A stretch of DNA of 64,000 nt, taken from assembly GCA_963798845.1 (NCBI GenBank), contig CAWCUS010000006.1, forward strand, positions 1,184,001-1,248,000, read 5' to 3'. The DNA is from an uncultured Gemmatimonadales bacterium. Lineage in GTDB: Bacteria; Gemmatimonadota; Gemmatimonadetes; Longimicrobiales; RSA9. This document shows positions 60,383 to 64,000 of the stretch, piece after piece. The stretch's first letter is position 1; each line of letters starts with the position of its first letter. Below the pieces are notes generated by a model, which did no database searches, was not told where the DNA came from, and saw only the letters and a list, made by a program, of their open reading frames with translations. The position numbers and the translations under genes were made by a program.

Positions 60383-61019
60383 TCAGGCGCCGTTCGCGGG
60401 CTTGAAGTTGGCGCAGGTCACCGCCGCGTTCCACGGCATGAACATGCCGGCCGGGTTGTCCCTGTAGAGCCAGAAATGCAGCTCGTAATGGGGCATGAAC
60501 CCGTGGGCCTCGTCCACCGCCGTCTCCGGGTTGTCCTGCATGTAGTAGTACTGATTGCCGTGGAAGGACGGCGGCGCGTCGTGCCCCGCATCCTTCCACG
60601 CCTTGGCCCACACCAGGTTCTCGATTCCCACCAGCACCATGGAGCCGTCGGCCTGCGGCTCGTAGATCAGGATCGCCGGCTTGGTGAAGTCGGTGTGGGT
60701 CCCGTTGCCGTCCACGCGCGGCTGGTCGCCGGTGATCCCGAGCAGGTCGGGCCGGACGTAGTGCACGCCCATCGCCCCGAGCTGGGACGGCTGCCCTTCC
60801 ATGACGGACGTCACGCACATGTGCAGCGGATCGACGTATCCGTCCGCGACCGCGGCGTCGTAGTCCTGGTACCTGGCGGTGGCCGCGCGGATGGCGGCGA
60901 GATCCGAATGGAGCAACCGAGCCGGGCGAGGGCGCCGCTGCGCCCTGGGCGGTCAGCCCGGGCGCCAGCACGGCGAAGCCGACGAGGGTGAGCACTGCGG
61001 GTAGGGGGAACTGCTGCAT
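60383..61019 (-). CDS. Secreted hypothetical protein ('GAMGVHY' family); +1 frameshift near 60908
   Basis: Signal peptide in one frame; 'RAATARYQD..A.ADGY..GAMGVHY..P.ILIYEP..HYELHFW' in the next. Confidence 0.7.
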
Positions 61020-61267
61020 GATGACCTCCGTGAAAGGGGGATTCTGCCCGCGCCGGAGGCGGGCTCGAATCGAGCGATCCGGACGGATCGCCCGAACGGC
61101 GACGACTGAAGCACCGGAGGAACGCCGCACTGCGTGCCACGGGGGTGCAGTCGGCGCGGAGCACTAGATATGGGGGCGGGGTCGCGGGCGCAAGGATGCC
61201 GTGTGCGCCCCGGCCGGCGCCGCGTCTCGGCATGGCGGCCCGCGAGGTCCGGCGAGCCGGTGCACCG

Positions 61268-61603
61268 TCAGCCGCCGGCCAGAGCCATTCCCGGGGCGCG
61301 GTAGGACGGCGTCTTCTTGGCCGCCTCGTCCATCTGCTCGACCGTGAGCAGCACCGTGGTCTTCACTTCGACCAGGCCGCTGGCGTTGGTGATCAGGGAA
61401 GTGGCCGCGGCGCTCACCGCGTCCGGCATCTCCGCGATCACGAAGATGTCCGTGTCGCCGAAGGCATAATAGACGCTGTCCAGCCTCCCGCCGAGCGACT
61501 TCACGAGCCGGTCGATCGCGTTCCTCCGGCCCGTCCCCCCTTCCGACATGAGGCCGCGCACGCCTTCGCCCACGTACTTCGCCTGGATCATGTACATCGG
61601 CAC
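61268..61603 (-). CDS. GYD-domain protein
   Basis: 'Y..EGVRGL..EGG..R..A..LV.SLGG.L.S.YYAFGDTD', 'YRAPG'. Confidence 0.8.
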   Translation of the reverse strand: MPMYMIQAKYVGEGVRGLMSEGGTGRRNAIDRLVKSLGGRLDSVYYAFGDTDIFVIAEMPDAVSAAATSLITNASGLVEVKTTVLLTVEQMDEAAKKTPSYRAPGMALAGG

Positions 61604-61779
61604 AATGGCACTCTCCGCTGGGGTGGTCGTATCAGACGACGACGGCCGCACCCCCGATGACTCGGAGCGTGCGGCCGCCAGGCCGTCAGCGATCCACCAA
61701 CTCTCCGACCACGGGCGCGCGGCGCAAGCATCTCGTGGCTGGCCGACTCCCGGAGCAGGCGCGCCGGAGCGCCAGCGCG

Positions 61780-64000
61780 TTACCTGCCCAGCCAGTAGGT
61801 GGCCTTGATCTGGAACACGTTCAGCGGCCGGTCGCGGAAGATGGCACCGCCGTCGCGGCCGAAGTCGAAGCGGCCGGACGGGTCGGTCCCGGCCCGCTCC
61901 TGCGTCCAGACGAAGAAGATCGTGGACCCCGGGCGGTATTCCCAGCGGAGCACGGCCGTGCCGCGCAGCGCCCGGGAGGTGAAGTCCGGGTTGTCGAAGG
62001 TGAAGGTGGCCGCGGGGCCGTCTCCATCCGGGTCGACGGTGTAGACCGCCTCCTGGTCGTCGTACGAGATGGTACCGGCGTCCTGGCCGTAGATGTTCTT
62101 GTCCAGCGTCCGGGGGGCGACGAACTCGCGGTATGACGAGTAGTCGCCGCTGGCGATGAACGGCTGCGCGAAGAGCTGGAGCGTGAGGTTCGGCGTGAAC
62201 GTCCAGTTGAGGCGCGTGTTCAGCGACAGCGTGTTGGTGGTGATGTAGGCGAACACGTAGCGCTCGCCGTAGAAGCTCGTGGCGGTCGGGTCGTCCACCG
62301 TGGCGACGTACTGCGCGGACGTCTCGTCGTGCGTGAAGCTGGGCGACAGCTGCAGGAAGACATTGGCGGCCGGCTTGAGGGCCAGGCCGGGCGAGAGCTG
62401 GTAGAAGCGCGTCCCATCGGTGAGGCCGCGCGACGCCTGCACGCCGAAGTCGAACACCGCGGGCGCGCGGGCGTCGGTGGATACTTCCAGGTTGACCACG
62501 TCGTAGCCGTCCCGCTTGACGACAGGTCCGCCCCGGGTGAGCCGGTCGTCGAGAGCCGTGCCGTTGCGAATGAAGAAGAAGCGCACGTTCCAGTAGTTGG
62601 GCAGCTCCATGCCGTAATACGCCTGGAGTGCCAGCTCGGTGCGGTCGCCGTCGTAGTTCCACTGGGTCGCGCCGCCGATGCTGGTGAAGATGGTGCGGTA
62701 CCAGCGGGTGGGCGTGGTCCAGTTCCCGCCGATGTTGCCGTTGAACCAGACGTAGTCGGAGCGGCTCAGGAACGCCAAGTCGTTCACTTCGAAGCCCGGG
62801 CTCCGGATGTTGGTCATGGCTTCCCAGAGCAGTGTGCCGTTGTCCTTCCCCACGCGCGAGAACAGGCCGTACCCCCGCATGGCGGTCCTGCCGGTGTCGT
62901 AGCCCGTGTCGAACAGTCCGTCGCCGCGGACGTCCCGGTCGGGGCGCTGGAAATAATGAGCGCTGGACTGCTGCGTGCGGGCCATGGCTTGCGCCGACCC
63001 GGCCACGCTGGACACCAGGGTGCTCCCCATCCACGAGTACTCGCGCCCCTTCCAGGTGTGGCGCCAGTCGACGCCCGCCGCCTCCGCGTGGCTGCGCAGC
63101 CGGTCGTGGATCAGCGGGTCATCGGTGTTCCTCGCCACGGACGTGAGGATGCCGCCCACCGTGGTCGCCCCCTCGCGCAGCTCCTTCTCGAGCCGGCCGA
63201 CGAAGTAGTTGCTGAGCGGCTCGACCACCTGCGTCTGCTCGGCCACGCCGGGCTCCGGCAGGAACGTGGCGGTCTCACGCGAGGTCACGGCGTCGAGCAG
63301 TCCCACCGTGTAGCCGCCGGACGTCCGCCCCGTGATCTTGGCGGCGCCCAGAATGCCCGTATTTTCCGGGGTCCGGGCGAACTCCGAGTTGTCGTCGATC
63401 CAGCCGTCGAGCTGCGGCGGGCGGCCGATGCGCCTCGAGTAGAACGCGCTCAGGCTGGACGTGTTGCTGCAGAACATGCAGCGCATGCCGCCGAACGAGA
63501 ACGCGCTGGAGCCCGCCACGAAGAACGGCCGCTTCTCGTCGTAGTACGTCTCGAAGGCGCTCAGGTTGAGTGTGGCCGGGTCCACCTCCACCTGCCCGAA
63601 GTCCGGGTTCACGGTGGCGTCGAGCGTCAGGTTGGACGTGAGCAGGTACTTGAGATCGCCGCCCATGGCAAAGCGCGTGTCACTGCCATCGTGGTACGGG
63701 TCTCCGGCGGGTGCGTGGCGGAACGTGTTGCCCGTGACCACGTACGGCAGCACCTCGAGCTGGCGAGGCCGGTGCGTGATGCTTATGCCCGTGAGGTCAC
63801 CGAAGAACGCCGGGCCCCCGGACTGGTCGCGGCGGCGGAACGACCACATGTCGTGCTCGTTGCGGCTGTCCACGTAGCGCCAGATCTGCATCCCCCACGT
63901 CTGAACGGAGTCGCGCGAAAAGCGGAGCTGGCTGTACGGGATCCGCATCTCGGCCGTCCAGCCGTCGCCATCAACGTCCGCCGCGGCGTCCCAGATCGGG
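61780..64000 (-). CDS. DUF5916-domain (CBM9-like + OM barrel) protein, 5'-partial
   Basis: 'GWTAEMRIPYSQLRF', 'LDATVNPDFGQVEVD', 'EKRPFF', 'FYSRRIG', 'LRWEYRPGS', C-terminal 'KATYW'. Confidence 0.85.
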   Translation of the reverse strand, partial: PIWDAAADVDGDGWTAEMRIPYSQLRFSRDSVQTWGMQIWRYVDSRNEHDMWSFRRRDQSGGPAFFGDLTGISITHRPRQLEVLPYVVTGNTFRHAPAGDPYHDGSDTRFAMGGDLKYLLTSNLTLDATVNPDFGQVEVDPATLNLSAFETYYDEKRPFFVAGSSAFSFGGMRCMFCSNTSSLSAFYSRRIGRPPQLDGWIDDNSEFARTPENTGILGAAKITGRTSGGYTVGLLDAVTSRETATFLPEPGVAEQTQVVEPLSNYFVGRLEKELREGATTVGGILTSVARNTDDPLIHDRLRSHAEAAGVDWRHTWKGREYSWMGSTLVSSVAGSAQAMARTQQSSAHYFQRPDRDVRGDGLFDTGYDTGRTAMRGYGLFSRVGKDNGTLLWEAMTNIRSPGFEVNDLAFLSRSDYVWFNGNIGGNWTTPTRWYRTIFTSIGGATQWNYDGDRTELALQAYYGMELPNYWNVRFFFIRNGTALDDRLTRGGPVVKRDGYDVVNLEVSTDARAPAVFDFGVQASRGLTDGTRFYQLSPGLALKPAANVFLQLSPSFTHDETSAQYVATVDDPTATSFYGERYVFAYITTNTLSLNTRLNWTFTPNLTLQLFAQPFIASGDYSSYREFVAPRTLDKNIYGQDAGTISYDDQEAVYTVDPDGDGPAATFTFDNPDFTSRALRGTAVLRWEYRPGSTIFFVWTQERAGTDPSGRFDFGRDGGAIFRDRPLNVFQIKATYWLGR

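Overview
GC-rich bacterial window whose gene content (SprA-like protein, many 'LxAC' lipoproteins, BNR/VPS10, RCC1, S9, DUF5916 proteins) suggests Gemmatimonadota (inference). 1-20 kb is core-like: metH 3' half, an Avd-like four-helix-bundle gene, yitJ-type Hcy-methyltransferase/MTHFR, dapF, lptG/lptF, sprA-like, M28 lipoprotein, comEA, pilB-pilT-pilC. 20.2-27.6 kb is an accessory patch with a periodic motif array, LuxR + SurE-PDZ, an intact-looking IS256, a broken RelE/XRE toxin-antitoxin pair and several gene fragments. The remainder holds secreted hydrolases, a cyanophycinase-YfcC-iadA operon, an orphan Pvc16, a C13 peptidase with a stand-alone copy of its N-domain, and a Campylobacter-like dba-dsbI pair. 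The strongest novelty candidate is the Avd-like gene bracketed by ~52-bp inverted repeats made of palindromic units with periods that are multiples of 3. The same units have invaded a loop of metH as a ~100-codon insert. About eight single-base frameshifts in otherwise intact genes look like long-read errors. All family calls come from motif recognition, not database searches.
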